Shown here in pieces: positions 17,012 to 25,242 of a stretch of 64,000 nt of DNA. Source of the stretch: Candidatus Omnitrophota bacterium (GTDB lineage Bacteria; Omnitrophota; Omnitrophia; Omnitrophales; Aquincolibacteriaceae); contig DAOPYQ010000001.1 of NCBI GenBank assembly GCA_035352955.1, positions 165,536 through 229,535 of the forward strand. The letters are read 5' to 3'. The first letter of the stretch is position 1. Each line of letters opens with the position of its first letter. The notes beneath the pieces are model-generated. The model searched no databases, had not been told where the DNA came from, and was given only the letters and a program-made list of their open reading frames with translations. The position numbers were made by a program, and so were the translations under genes.

Positions 17012-17563
17012 ATGAAACATACGATCGCCGTTCTGGTGGAAAATCATTTTGGTGTTTTGGCGCGCGTGGCCGGGCTTTTTTCCGCGCGCGGGTTCAATAT
17101 CGACAGTCTCGCGGTCGGTGAAACGCAGGATCCTGAGATCTCCCGCATGACCGTGATCGCTAAGGGGGACGATCGTGTCGTCGATCAGATCATGAAACAG
17201 CTGAACAAGCTGGTGGACGTGATCAGCGTTAAAGATCTCACGGACGGGGATGTGATCGATCGTGAGCTCGTGCTGATCAAGATCGGCGCGAACGCGACGA
17301 ACCGCAATGACATCATGCATGTCGTGAACACGTTCCGGGCGAAGATCGTGGATGTCAGTCCCGAGTCGATGACGATCGAAGTGACCGGGAGCGAGGGGAA
17401 GATCGACGCGATGCTCGAGCTGTTGAGGCCCTTTGATCTCCGGGAAGTGGTCAGGACCGGACAGATTGCGATGGCGCGCCGTACCGAGATCGCGATGCCC
17501 TCTAAAAAATGCGCCAGAAAACCGGCGGTCTCGAAAACAAAGAAAGCTTCAAAGAAGAAATAA
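17012..17563 (+). CDS. ilvN: Acetolactate synthase small (regulatory) subunit with Lys-rich C-terminal tail
   Basis: ACT domain MKHTIAVLVENHFGVLARVAGLFSARGFNIDSLAVG. Immediately downstream of ilvB. Confidence 0.9.
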   Translation: MKHTIAVLVENHFGVLARVAGLFSARGFNIDSLAVGETQDPEISRMTVIAKGDDRVVDQIMKQLNKLVDVISVKDLTDGDVIDRELVLIKIGANATNRNDIMHVVNTFRAKIVDVSPESMTIEVTGSEGKIDAMLELLRPFDLREVVRTGQIAMARRTEIAMPSKKCARKPAVSKTKKASKKK

Positions 17564-17570
17564 TAAAAAT

Positions 17571-17645
17571 CAGCTCAACGCGCAAGGCGCGACGCTCAAC
17601 GAAGAAATTTTACGTTGCGCGTTGACCGTTGTGCGTTGCGCGAAA
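17571..17645. repeat. Intergenic copy of the palindromic GCGCAACG/CGTTGCGCG element (ilvN-ilvC spacer)
   Basis: caacgcgcaaggcgcgacgctcaacgaagaaattttacgttgcgcgttgaccgttgtgcgttgcgcg. Shares cgcaacgcacaacgg (here in reverse complement) and cgttgaccgttg with the type B modules of the giant ORF. Confidence 0.75.
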
Positions 17646-17662
17646 AATGAAAGGAAAAGAAA

Positions 17663-18661
17663 ATGGCGGTCAAAATTTATTACGATAAAGATGCAGATCT
17701 GAATTTGCTCAAGGGCAAGAAGGTTGCTATTATCGGTTACGGGATTCAAGGCCGCGGGCAGGGGCTCAATCTCCGCGACTCCGGTGTGAATGTGCTTGTT
17801 TCCGAGCTCCAAGGGACGCCGAATTATGAGCAGGCCGTCAAGGATGGTTTTAAGCCCGTGCCGGCGGCGGAAGCGGCGCAGCAGGCGGATATTGTTCAGA
17901 TCCTGACCCAGGACCATCTCCAGGCAGAGATCTATGAAAAATTCATCGCTCCGAACATGAAGGCCGGGAAATCGCTCTGTTTCTCCCACGGTTTCAACAT
18001 CCATTTCGGGTACATCAAGCCCGCGCCGGAGATCGATGTGTTCATGGTCGCGCCGAAGGGCCCGGGGTCGCTCGTCCGCTCCCAATTTACGGAAGGCGGC
18101 GGCGTACCGTGTCTCGTGGCGGTCCAGCAGAACCCGAGCGGGAAAGCGCTCCAGATCGGTTTGGCGTATGCCAAGGCGATCGGCGGAACGCGCGCTGGTG
18201 TCATTGAAACCACGTTCAAGGAAGAGACCGAGACGGATCTTTTCGGCGAACAAGCGGTCCTTTGCGGCGGCCTGAGCGATTTGATTACCGCGGGGTTTGA
18301 TACGCTGGTGGAAGCCGGATACCAGCCGGAGATGGCGTACTTTGAATGTCTCCATGAAGTGAAGCTGATCGTGGACGCGATGTTCGTGCACGGGATCGCC
18401 GGGATGTATCGCCGCGTGTCCGATACCGCCGAATACGGTGGTTATAGCCGCGGGCCGCGCCTGATCACGAAAGAGACCCGCAAAGAAATGAAAAAGATTC
18501 TCGGAGAGGTCCAGTCCGGGAAGTTCGCGAAGGAATGGATGGAAGAGAACCGGCAGGGCCGCCCGAATTTCAAGAAGTTCCGCGAAAAATGCGACAAGCA
18601 TTTGATAGAGGAAGTCGGCGCCCGTTTGCGCAAGATGATGGAATTCATTAACAAAAAGTAA
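17663..18661 (+). CDS. ilvC: Ketol-acid reductoisomerase (class I)
   Basis: [41 protein letters not shown]. 332 aa. Good RBS aaaggaaaag upstream. Confidence 0.95.
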   Translation: MAVKIYYDKDADLNLLKGKKVAIIGYGIQGRGQGLNLRDSGVNVLVSELQGTPNYEQAVKDGFKPVPAAEAAQQADIVQILTQDHLQAEIYEKFIAPNMKAGKSLCFSHGFNIHFGYIKPAPEIDVFMVAPKGPGSLVRSQFTEGGGVPCLVAVQQNPSGKALQIGLAYAKAIGGTRAGVIETTFKEETETDLFGEQAVLCGGLSDLITAGFDTLVEAGYQPEMAYFECLHEVKLIVDAMFVHGIAGMYRRVSDTAEYGGYSRGPRLITKETRKEMKKILGEVQSGKFAKEWMEENRQGRPNFKKFREKCDKHLIEEVGARLRKMMEFINKK

Positions 18662-18664
18662 ACC

Positions 18665-18732
18665 GCTCGACGCGCAGAGCGCAACGATCAACGAGGCGAT
18701 TTTACGTTATGCGTTGACTGTTGCGCGTTGCA
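18665..18732. repeat. Intergenic copy of the palindromic element (ilvC-leuA spacer)
   Basis: gacgcgcagagcgcaacgatcaacgaggcgattttacgttatgcgttgactgttgcgcgttgcacc. The gcgcagagcgcaacg and gttgac(c/t)gttgcgcg segments are identical to those in the giant-ORF modules. Confidence 0.75.
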
Positions 18733-18747
18733 CCGGGTCCAAAGGCT

Positions 18748-20295
18748 ATGAAAAAACCGAGAAAGATATTCATATTCGATACCACGCTCCGCGACGGTGA
18801 ACAATCGCCGGGAGCGTCGCTTACGCCGGACGAGAAGTTGAAGGTCGCCCGGCAGCTCGAGCGGCTGAATGTTGATGTCATTGAGGCCGGATTCCCCGCG
18901 TCTTCCGCGGGGGAGATGAAGGCGGTTCGGATGATCTCGGAAACCGTGCGTAGACCGGTGATCTGCGGCCTGTCGCGGATGATCCCGTGCGATATCGATG
19001 CGTGCCGCGAGGCTCTGGAGAGCGCGGCGCGTAAGCGGCTTCATGTTTTTCTCGCTACGTCGCAGATTCACCGCGAGTTCAAGCTTAAGAAGGACAAGAA
19101 AGAGATCCTCGCGATGGCGGTGCGGAGCATCCGATCCGCTACAAAAGATTTCAAACAGATCGAGTTTTCACCGGAGGACGCTTCCCGGACCGAGCGCGCT
19201 TTCCTGACCCAAATCGTGAGCGCCGCGATCGATGCCGGGGCTACTTCGATCAATATTCCGGACACGGTCGGTTATGCGATCCCGGAAGAATTCGGCAACC
19301 TCATCCGGTTTTTGGTCAAAAAGAACCCGCAGCTCGGGAAGAAAGTGGTGTTGTCCGTTCATTGCCACAACGACCTGGGGCTTGCGAGCGCGAATTCTAT
19401 GGCGGCGGTGCTCGCGGGCGCCAATCAGATCGAATGCACGGTGAACGGGATCGGGGAGCGCGCGGGGAACGCCTCGCTTGAGGAACTCGTGATGGCGATC
19501 GATACGCGCAAGGATTTCGTGGATTGTTATACGGATATCAAACAATCCGAAATCACGAAAACATCGCGCCTGGTATCTCATTTGACCGGCATGGTTGTTC
19601 AACCGAACAAAGCCATCGTAGGTCGGAATGCATTCTGGCACGCCTCCGGGATCCATCAGGACGGCGTTCTCAAGAAACGGCAGACGTACGAGATTATGGA
19701 CCCCAAGCGAGTCGGACTTTCCGGGAATCACCTCATGCTCGGAAAACTTTCCGGCAAGCACGCGTTCGCCGTGAGGGTGAGGAAACTCGGCTTCTGTCTG
19801 GCCGAAAAAGAACTCGACCAGGCGTTTTCCCGCTTTAAGACGCTGGCGGATAAGAAAAAATATATCTTTGACGAGGACCTTGAAGCGATCCTGCAGGATG
19901 AGATCGCGAAGATCCATGAAACGTGGAAGCTTGCGTCGATGAAAGTCGTTTCCGAAACCGGGAAGCAGCCTTTTGCCGAGATGCGTCTGTCCTACGAGGG
20001 CGAGACGAAGGAAGCTTCGTCGACGGGCGACGGGCCGGTCGATGCCTGCTACAAAGCGATCGAAAAGATCGTGCATTCGCAGGCGCAACTTGTGCACTAT
20101 GGGCTGCAGTCCGTGACGGGCGGCAAGGATGCTTTGGGCGAAGTGGTGGTGAAACTCGAGATCGATGGCAAGGAAGTGACCGGTCGCGGGACGAGCACCG
20201 ACATCATCGAGGCCAGCGTGCGCGCATATCTTTTTGCCCTGAACAAGGTTTCGTCGAACCCTCACCGGGCTTCGAGCCCTTCGTCTGCGGTGTGA
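18748..20295 (+). CDS. leuA: 2-isopropylmalate synthase
   Basis: IFDTTLRDGEQSPGASLT, HCHNDLGLA and a LeuA-type C-terminal regulatory domain. An alternative TTG start at 18721 lies inside the repeat element. Confidence 0.9.
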   Translation: MKKPRKIFIFDTTLRDGEQSPGASLTPDEKLKVARQLERLNVDVIEAGFPASSAGEMKAVRMISETVRRPVICGLSRMIPCDIDACREALESAARKRLHVFLATSQIHREFKLKKDKKEILAMAVRSIRSATKDFKQIEFSPEDASRTERAFLTQIVSAAIDAGATSINIPDTVGYAIPEEFGNLIRFLVKKNPQLGKKVVLSVHCHNDLGLASANSMAAVLAGANQIECTVNGIGERAGNASLEELVMAIDTRKDFVDCYTDIKQSEITKTSRLVSHLTGMVVQPNKAIVGRNAFWHASGIHQDGVLKKRQTYEIMDPKRVGLSGNHLMLGKLSGKHAFAVRVRKLGFCLAEKELDQAFSRFKTLADKKKYIFDEDLEAILQDEIAKIHETWKLASMKVVSETGKQPFAEMRLSYEGETKEASSTGDGPVDACYKAIEKIVHSQAQLVHYGLQSVTGGKDALGEVVVKLEIDGKEVTGRGTSTDIIEASVRAYLFALNKVSSNPHRASSPSSAV

Positions 20296-21173
20296 AAAAA
20301 GCCCGAAGCTTCCAGCTGTTCGGCATTTTCGGTCACCCGCTCTCTCACACACTTTCTCCGGCTATGCATGAGGCCGCTTTTCGTTCTCTCGGGATCGATG
20401 CCAATTACATTGTGATGGATCTGATGCCGCAGCCTTTCAAAAAGCTGATGGGCCGGGCTTCCTCGTTGGTTCTCTCCGGGTTCAATGTGACCGTTCCCTA
20501 TAAGGAAACGGTGATCCGGTATCTGGATAAGGTGCGGCCCGAGGCAAAAGCGATCGGCGCGGTGAATACCGTTTACCGGCGCGGTAACCGGTGGGAGGGC
20601 GCGAACACCGACATGGAAGGTTTTTTGATGGCGCTCAAGCAGGATGGGAAGTTCCACCCGGCGGGAAAGAAAGCGGTCGTCCTTGGTGCCGGAGGCGCGG
20701 CCAGGGCGGTGGTGTACGGTCTTTCACGGGAGCGGGTCCGAGAAGTGATGATCGCGGATTGTTTCCCTGAGAAAGCCCGGAAGATCGTCCGGGACATGAA
20801 AAAGATCTTTCCGCGTGTGCACTATTACGCCGTTCCGGCCGGAACGGCCGCCGTCAAGGATGCTATTCAGACGGCCGATATTGTTATGAACGCAACGCCG
20901 CTGGGTTTGAAAGCCTCGGACTCCCGGGTAGTCCCGGAATCGTGGATCCCTCGGGCCAAAGGCGACGCCATGTTTTTTATGGATCTTATCTACAACCCGG
21001 CCATGACGCCTTTTTTGAAAGAGGCGAAGCGGAAGGGACACAGAACGCTGAATGGGCTCGGCATGCTTCTTTATCAGGGGGCTCGGGCGCTTGAACTTTG
21101 GACGGGGCGGAGGGCGCCGGTGCCGGTGATGCGCCGGGCGCTCCTTGGGGCTTTGAAAGGGCAGGGGAAATAA
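20292..21173 (+). CDS. aroE: Shikimate dehydrogenase
   Basis: FQLFGIFGHPLSHTLSPAMHEAAF and GAGGAARAVVYGL. The ORF-track N-terminus (from 19923) is read-through overlapping leuA. A plausible GTG start at 20292 overlaps the leuA stop (GTGA). Confidence 0.8.
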   Translation: MKKARSFQLFGIFGHPLSHTLSPAMHEAAFRSLGIDANYIVMDLMPQPFKKLMGRASSLVLSGFNVTVPYKETVIRYLDKVRPEAKAIGAVNTVYRRGNRWEGANTDMEGFLMALKQDGKFHPAGKKAVVLGAGGAARAVVYGLSRERVREVMIADCFPEKARKIVRDMKKIFPRVHYYAVPAGTAAVKDAIQTADIVMNATPLGLKASDSRVVPESWIPRAKGDAMFFMDLIYNPAMTPFLKEAKRKGHRTLNGLGMLLYQGARALELWTGRRAPVPVMRRALLGALKGQGK

Positions 21174-21183
21174 TTTGGAGGCA

Positions 21184-21963
21184 ATGGGATCCTGGTTCAT
21201 TTTCGCGCTCGGGGCGATCGTCGGGAGCTTCCTGAACGTTTGCATCTACCGGATGCCGCGGGATCTTTCGATCGTGTTGCCGGGATCGTTCTGTACGAAT
21301 TGCAAAACGCCGATCCCGTGGTATGAGAACATCCCTCTGCTTAGTTATCTGTTGCTTCGGGGGAGATGTCCCCGGTGCAAGACGTCGTTCAGCGTCCGCT
21401 ATTTTATCGTCGAGTTGACGAGCGCGCTTGTCTGGTGGTTTTTGTGGCAGAAAGCCGGCTTGTCGGTGCAGTTTGCCGCGAGCGTTTTCTTTTTTTCGAC
21501 GCTGATCGTGACGATCGTCGCGGATTTTGAGACGGGGCTGATTCCGGACGCGATCACGGTCCCCGGGATGGTTGCGGGACTTGCGTTCAGCGTGATCGGT
21601 TTCGGGAATTTTCCGGAAACGTTTTGGGCCTGGAGGCTTCTGGAGTCAGGGCTCGGGCTTTTGGCGGGCGGCGGGGTCCTGTTCTTGACGGGATGGATCG
21701 GCAAGCTGGCATTCCGTAAGGACAGCATGGGGGGCGGAGACATCAAGCTGCTCGCGATGATGGGTGCTTTTTTGGGCGTGACAAAAGTTATGCTGGTTTT
21801 TTTGCTCGCGCCGTTTCCGGCGCTGCCGCTGGCGCTTTGGCAGCGGTTCGTGAACAAACAAGAGACGATCCCTTTCGGGCCGTTCCTGGCGTTGGCCGGG
21901 GCGCTGCTTTTTGTGCGAGGGGATGACGTCCTGAATTTTTTAGCCAAATTATACGGGGTGTAA
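21184..21963 (+). CDS. pilD: Type IV prepilin leader peptidase (A24 family)
   Basis: N-terminal CxxC..CxxC zinc motif (CTNCKT..CPRCKT), GGGDIKLLAMMGAFLG, multi-TM. The ATG at 21184 has RBS ggagg. A TTG at 21175 is an alternative start. Confidence 0.85.
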   Translation: MGSWFIFALGAIVGSFLNVCIYRMPRDLSIVLPGSFCTNCKTPIPWYENIPLLSYLLLRGRCPRCKTSFSVRYFIVELTSALVWWFLWQKAGLSVQFAASVFFFSTLIVTIVADFETGLIPDAITVPGMVAGLAFSVIGFGNFPETFWAWRLLESGLGLLAGGGVLFLTGWIGKLAFRKDSMGGGDIKLLAMMGAFLGVTKVMLVFLLAPFPALPLALWQRFVNKQETIPFGPFLALAGALLFVRGDDVLNFLAKLYGV

Positions 21964-21964
21964 C

Positions 21965-23083
21965 ATGCTGAAAATGATCACGACCGGAGAGTCCCACGGC
22001 CGCCACATGGCGGCGATCTTGGAAGGTTTCCCGAGCGGGCTTGTGATGGACCTGGATTTCATCAACGGCGAACTGCGCCGCCGGCAGTCCGGGCACGGCC
22101 GCGGGGGCAGGCAGAAGATCGAGTCCGATTGCGTCGAGATCATCGGCGGGGTGATCAAAAAGGTCACGACCGGTGCGCCTCTGGGATTTCTTCTTACCAA
22201 TAAGGATTCTTCGATCGACGAGATGCCGGAGCTTTTCAGACCGCGTCCGGGGCATGCCGATCTTGCTGGGGCTCTGAAATACGACCAGGGGATCCGTCCG
22301 ATCCTCGAACGTTCAAGCGCGCGTGAAACGGTGATGCGCGTTGCGACGGGTGCGGCGTGCAAACTTTTCCTCAAAAAATTCGGCATCGAGATCGCGGCCC
22401 ATGTCACGCGAATCGGCGGGATTCTGCTCCCGGCGGAAACGATCAGCGTCGAAGAGATCCGAAAGGGTACTAAAGGTTCGCCGGTCAACTGTGTCTGTGA
22501 AAAAACCGGGAAGGCTATGGTTCAGGCCATTGACCGTGCCCGAAAAACGGGGGATTCGCTCGGAGGACAGTATGAGGTCCTGGCGACGGGGATTCCTGCC
22601 GGGTTAGGTTCCCATGTTCACCATGAACGCAAACTCGATGCCCGGCTGGCGATGATCCTGATGAGCCAGCAGTCCGTGAAGGCGGTCGAGGTCGGGGACG
22701 GGATCGCGCTTGGCAGTGTGCCGGGTTCCGCGGCGCATGACGAGATTTTTTACAGCAAAACGCGGGGTTATTTTCACAAGACGAATCACGCCGGCGGTAT
22801 TGAGGGCGGGATGACGAACGGCGCCGATCTGGTTTTGCGTGTGACGATGAAGCCGATCGCGACGCTTGCGAAACCGCTCGCTTCGGTGAATATGAAGAAC
22901 CACCGCAGCGAAAAAGCGGATTTTGAGCGGAGCGATGTTTGCGCGGTTCCGGCGGGAAGCGTGATCGGGGAAGCGCTTGTGGCTTACACTCTGACGGATG
23001 CTTTCCTCGAGAAATTCGGCGGCGATTCGATCGGGGACATCCGCCGTAATTACGACGGGTATTTGAAACGCATCCGCGGTTGA
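21965..23083 (+). CDS. aroC: Chorismate synthase
   Basis: MLKMITTGESHGRHMAAILEGFPSGL. 372 aa. Confidence 0.95.
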   Translation: MLKMITTGESHGRHMAAILEGFPSGLVMDLDFINGELRRRQSGHGRGGRQKIESDCVEIIGGVIKKVTTGAPLGFLLTNKDSSIDEMPELFRPRPGHADLAGALKYDQGIRPILERSSARETVMRVATGAACKLFLKKFGIEIAAHVTRIGGILLPAETISVEEIRKGTKGSPVNCVCEKTGKAMVQAIDRARKTGDSLGGQYEVLATGIPAGLGSHVHHERKLDARLAMILMSQQSVKAVEVGDGIALGSVPGSAAHDEIFYSKTRGYFHKTNHAGGIEGGMTNGADLVLRVTMKPIATLAKPLASVNMKNHRSEKADFERSDVCAVPAGSVIGEALVAYTLTDAFLEKFGGDSIGDIRRNYDGYLKRIRG

Positions 23084-23104
23084 TGCCCTGGATCCGAAAA
23101 AAAC

Positions 23105-23626
23105 ATGAATGACGCTACTGAGAATATCTATCTGATCGGGATGATGGGGTCCGGGAAAAGCGCGACAGGGAAGGTTCTCGCGCCGATGCTCGATTATTTT
23201 TTTGTGGATCTTGATACCGAAATCGAAAAGCAGGAAAAACGAACGATCCCCGAGATCTTTTCCGGATCGGGCGAAGCTTATTTCCGGGACGTTGAATCGG
23301 CTGTGTTGGAACGTTGTTCTAAACTGCATGATCACGTGTTCGCGACGGGCGGCGGTATCGTGCTTCGCGAGGAAAACGTCCGGCGCATGAAAAAGACCGG
23401 AAAGGTCGTGCTGCTTAAAGGATCGGTCGAAACTTTATGGCAGCGGATCCGGTATTCGCAGGACCGGCCGCTTCTCAACAGGCCGGATCCTTTGGGAACG
23501 ATCCGGCAGATCCTTGCGGATCGCGAAGTTTTTTATGAAAAGGCGTGTCATTTTTCAGTCCCGACGGACGGCAAGATCCCGGACGATGTGGCGCAGGAAA
23601 TTTTTGAGATCTTAAAGGCGGAGTGA
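23105..23626 (+). CDS. aroK: Shikimate kinase
   Basis: P-loop IYLIGMMGSGKSATGKVLA. 173 aa. Overlaps the aroB start (ATGA). Confidence 0.9.
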   Translation: MNDATENIYLIGMMGSGKSATGKVLAPMLDYFFVDLDTEIEKQEKRTIPEIFSGSGEAYFRDVESAVLERCSKLHDHVFATGGGIVLREENVRRMKKTGKVVLLKGSVETLWQRIRYSQDRPLLNRPDPLGTIRQILADREVFYEKACHFSVPTDGKIPDDVAQEIFEILKAE

Positions 23627-24723
23627 TGAAAACGATTCCGGTCAGAAGTCTTAAAGGGAACTACAACATCCTTGTCGGGAGAGGCTTGCTTGGCCGGGCC
23701 GGAGCGCTTGTGGCGGGCCTTTTCGCTCCGGGCGCGAGGATTATGATCGTTTCGCAAAAAAATCTCGCCGCCTATGTAAAAAAAGTTGCCACGTCGCTTT
23801 CCCAAAAAGGATTTACCGTCCAAACGCACACGCTTCCCGACGGGGAGGTCGCGAAGTCGGGGCCGGAGCTTTTCCGGCTTTGCCACACGTTGCTTGCTCA
23901 GGGGTTCGAGCGCAAGGACGGGATCGTCGTGGTCGGTGGCGGGGTCGTGAGCGACCTTGCCGGGTTCGCCGCGGCGGTTTATCTTCGCGGGATCCGGTAT
24001 GTAAATATTGCGACGACGCTTCTTGCGCAGGTCGACAGCTCGATCGGCGGGAAGACAGCGATCGACCTCAAGGAAGGGAAAAATCTGCTGGGCGCGTTTT
24101 GGCCGCCCGCGCTTGTGATCTCGGATGTGGAAGTGCTCAAATCGCTTCCCGTGCGTGAGCTCTCCGCGTCGCTTGGCGAGGCAGTGAAGTACGGGATGAT
24201 CCGCAGCCCACAGCTGTTCAATTTTCTCGTGAAGAACAGCGCGAAGATCCTTCGAAAGGACCTCGGAGTTCTCGAAAAGATCGTGGTTGTTTCCGCCGGG
24301 ATCAAGGCCGGGGTCGTCAGCCGCGACGAATTCGAGACAAAAGGGGAGCGGATGATCCTCAATTACGGGCATACGTTCGCCCACGGGATCGAAGGCGCGA
24401 GCGCTTATCAAAAGATCGTTCACGGCGAGGCCGTTGCCATCGGGATGATGATGGCCGCGCAGCTTGCCGGGGAACTCGGGCTTTGTCCCCGGGACCTGGT
24501 CTGGAAACAAATGCGGCTGATCCTGTCCCTGAAACTTCCGGTTTCTATCAAGAATCTCAACCTTTCTGCCGCAGCCATCATAAAAGCCATGATGCGGGAC
24601 AAGAAGAAAACCGGAGGCAGTCTTCGCTTTATCCTTCCTCGCCGTATCGGTCAAGTGACGGCTGAAAAAAACATCTCTCTCAAGCTTGCCGAAAAGATCC
24701 TTCGCCACGCCGGCGCAAAATAA
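23623..24723 (+). CDS. aroB: 3-dehydroquinate synthase
   Basis: GGGVVSDLAGFAAAVYLRGIRYVNIATTLLAQVDSSIGGKTAID and NYGHTFAH. Confidence 0.9.
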   Translation: MMKTIPVRSLKGNYNILVGRGLLGRAGALVAGLFAPGARIMIVSQKNLAAYVKKVATSLSQKGFTVQTHTLPDGEVAKSGPELFRLCHTLLAQGFERKDGIVVVGGGVVSDLAGFAAAVYLRGIRYVNIATTLLAQVDSSIGGKTAIDLKEGKNLLGAFWPPALVISDVEVLKSLPVRELSASLGEAVKYGMIRSPQLFNFLVKNSAKILRKDLGVLEKIVVVSAGIKAGVVSRDEFETKGERMILNYGHTFAHGIEGASAYQKIVHGEAVAIGMMMAAQLAGELGLCPRDLVWKQMRLILSLKLPVSIKNLNLSAAAIIKAMMRDKKKTGGSLRFILPRRIGQVTAEKNISLKLAEKILRHAGAK

Positions 24724-24825
24724 TCCTCCATAAAGTCATCTTGGGCGAAATGATAGGCTGTCTAATAGTTGCTTTTAAATAAATTTAATATTGATAAAAA
24801 AGAAATATCATGATAAGCTTTTCTC

Positions 24826-25242
24826 ATGGAAAACGAATTATTTTGGTCAGCCATTGAGGTGATAATAGAATCGATCCTTTTCTTGCGCGGTCAGCGGGTC
24901 ATGTTGGGCGCAGATTTGGCCCGTCTTTACGGCGTTTCAACAAAAAAACTGAAAAAGCAGATGCGGAGGAACCTTCCTTATGTCTTTCCGGGGCAAGGTG
25001 TTGCGATACCCTCCAGTGTCTTGAAAAGCAAACGAATCATTTCAATGAATATTCGGATGATGCGGGCATTTGTCCGATTTAGGGAGTTCCGTCTAACGCG
25101 CAAAAATCTCGCGCGAAAATTCGAGAAGCTGGAGCGGAAGTTCAAAAAGTATGAAGATGAGATTCATATGATCTTTGATGCGATCCGGCAACTCATGAAG
25201 CCGCCGGAGAGCCTTTGTCGCACGATCGGGTTTCAAACATGA
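24826..25242 (+). CDS. ORF6N-like (antirepressor-like DNA-binding) domain protein
   Basis: LRGQRVMLGADLARLYGVSTKKLKKQMRRNLPYVFP matches the conserved core of ORF6N/KilA-N-like domains. Preceded by an AT-rich islet. Overlaps the dprA start. Confidence 0.55.
   Translation: MENELFWSAIEVIIESILFLRGQRVMLGADLARLYGVSTKKLKKQMRRNLPYVFPGQGVAIPSSVLKSKRIISMNIRMMRAFVRFREFRLTRKNLARKFEKLERKFKKYEDEIHMIFDAIRQLMKPPESLCRTIGFQT

Noticed and set aside
17571-18732. Interpreting the ilv spacer hairpins as amino-acid-responsive leaders, T-box elements or attenuators.
   Set aside because: There is no T-box specifier or antiterminator pattern and no leader peptide rich in Ile/Val/Leu. The same sequence recurs inside the giant ORF, which argues for a dispersed repeat and not an operon-specific riboswitch.
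19923-20291. The N-terminal 123 aa of the 19923..21173 ORF.
   Set aside because: This is frame read-through inside leuA. The AroE homology begins at the GTG at 20292, which overlaps the leuA stop.
17570-24708. Long minus-strand ORFs opposite ilvC, leuA and aroB (17570..18691, 19168..20352, 23548..24708). Similar ones lie opposite LPS genes (33577..35103, 36144..37265).
   Set aside because: They are antisense shadows in GC-rich coding DNA. The plus-strand genes have strong homology signatures. The minus-strand products are Arg/Pro-rich with no motifs.
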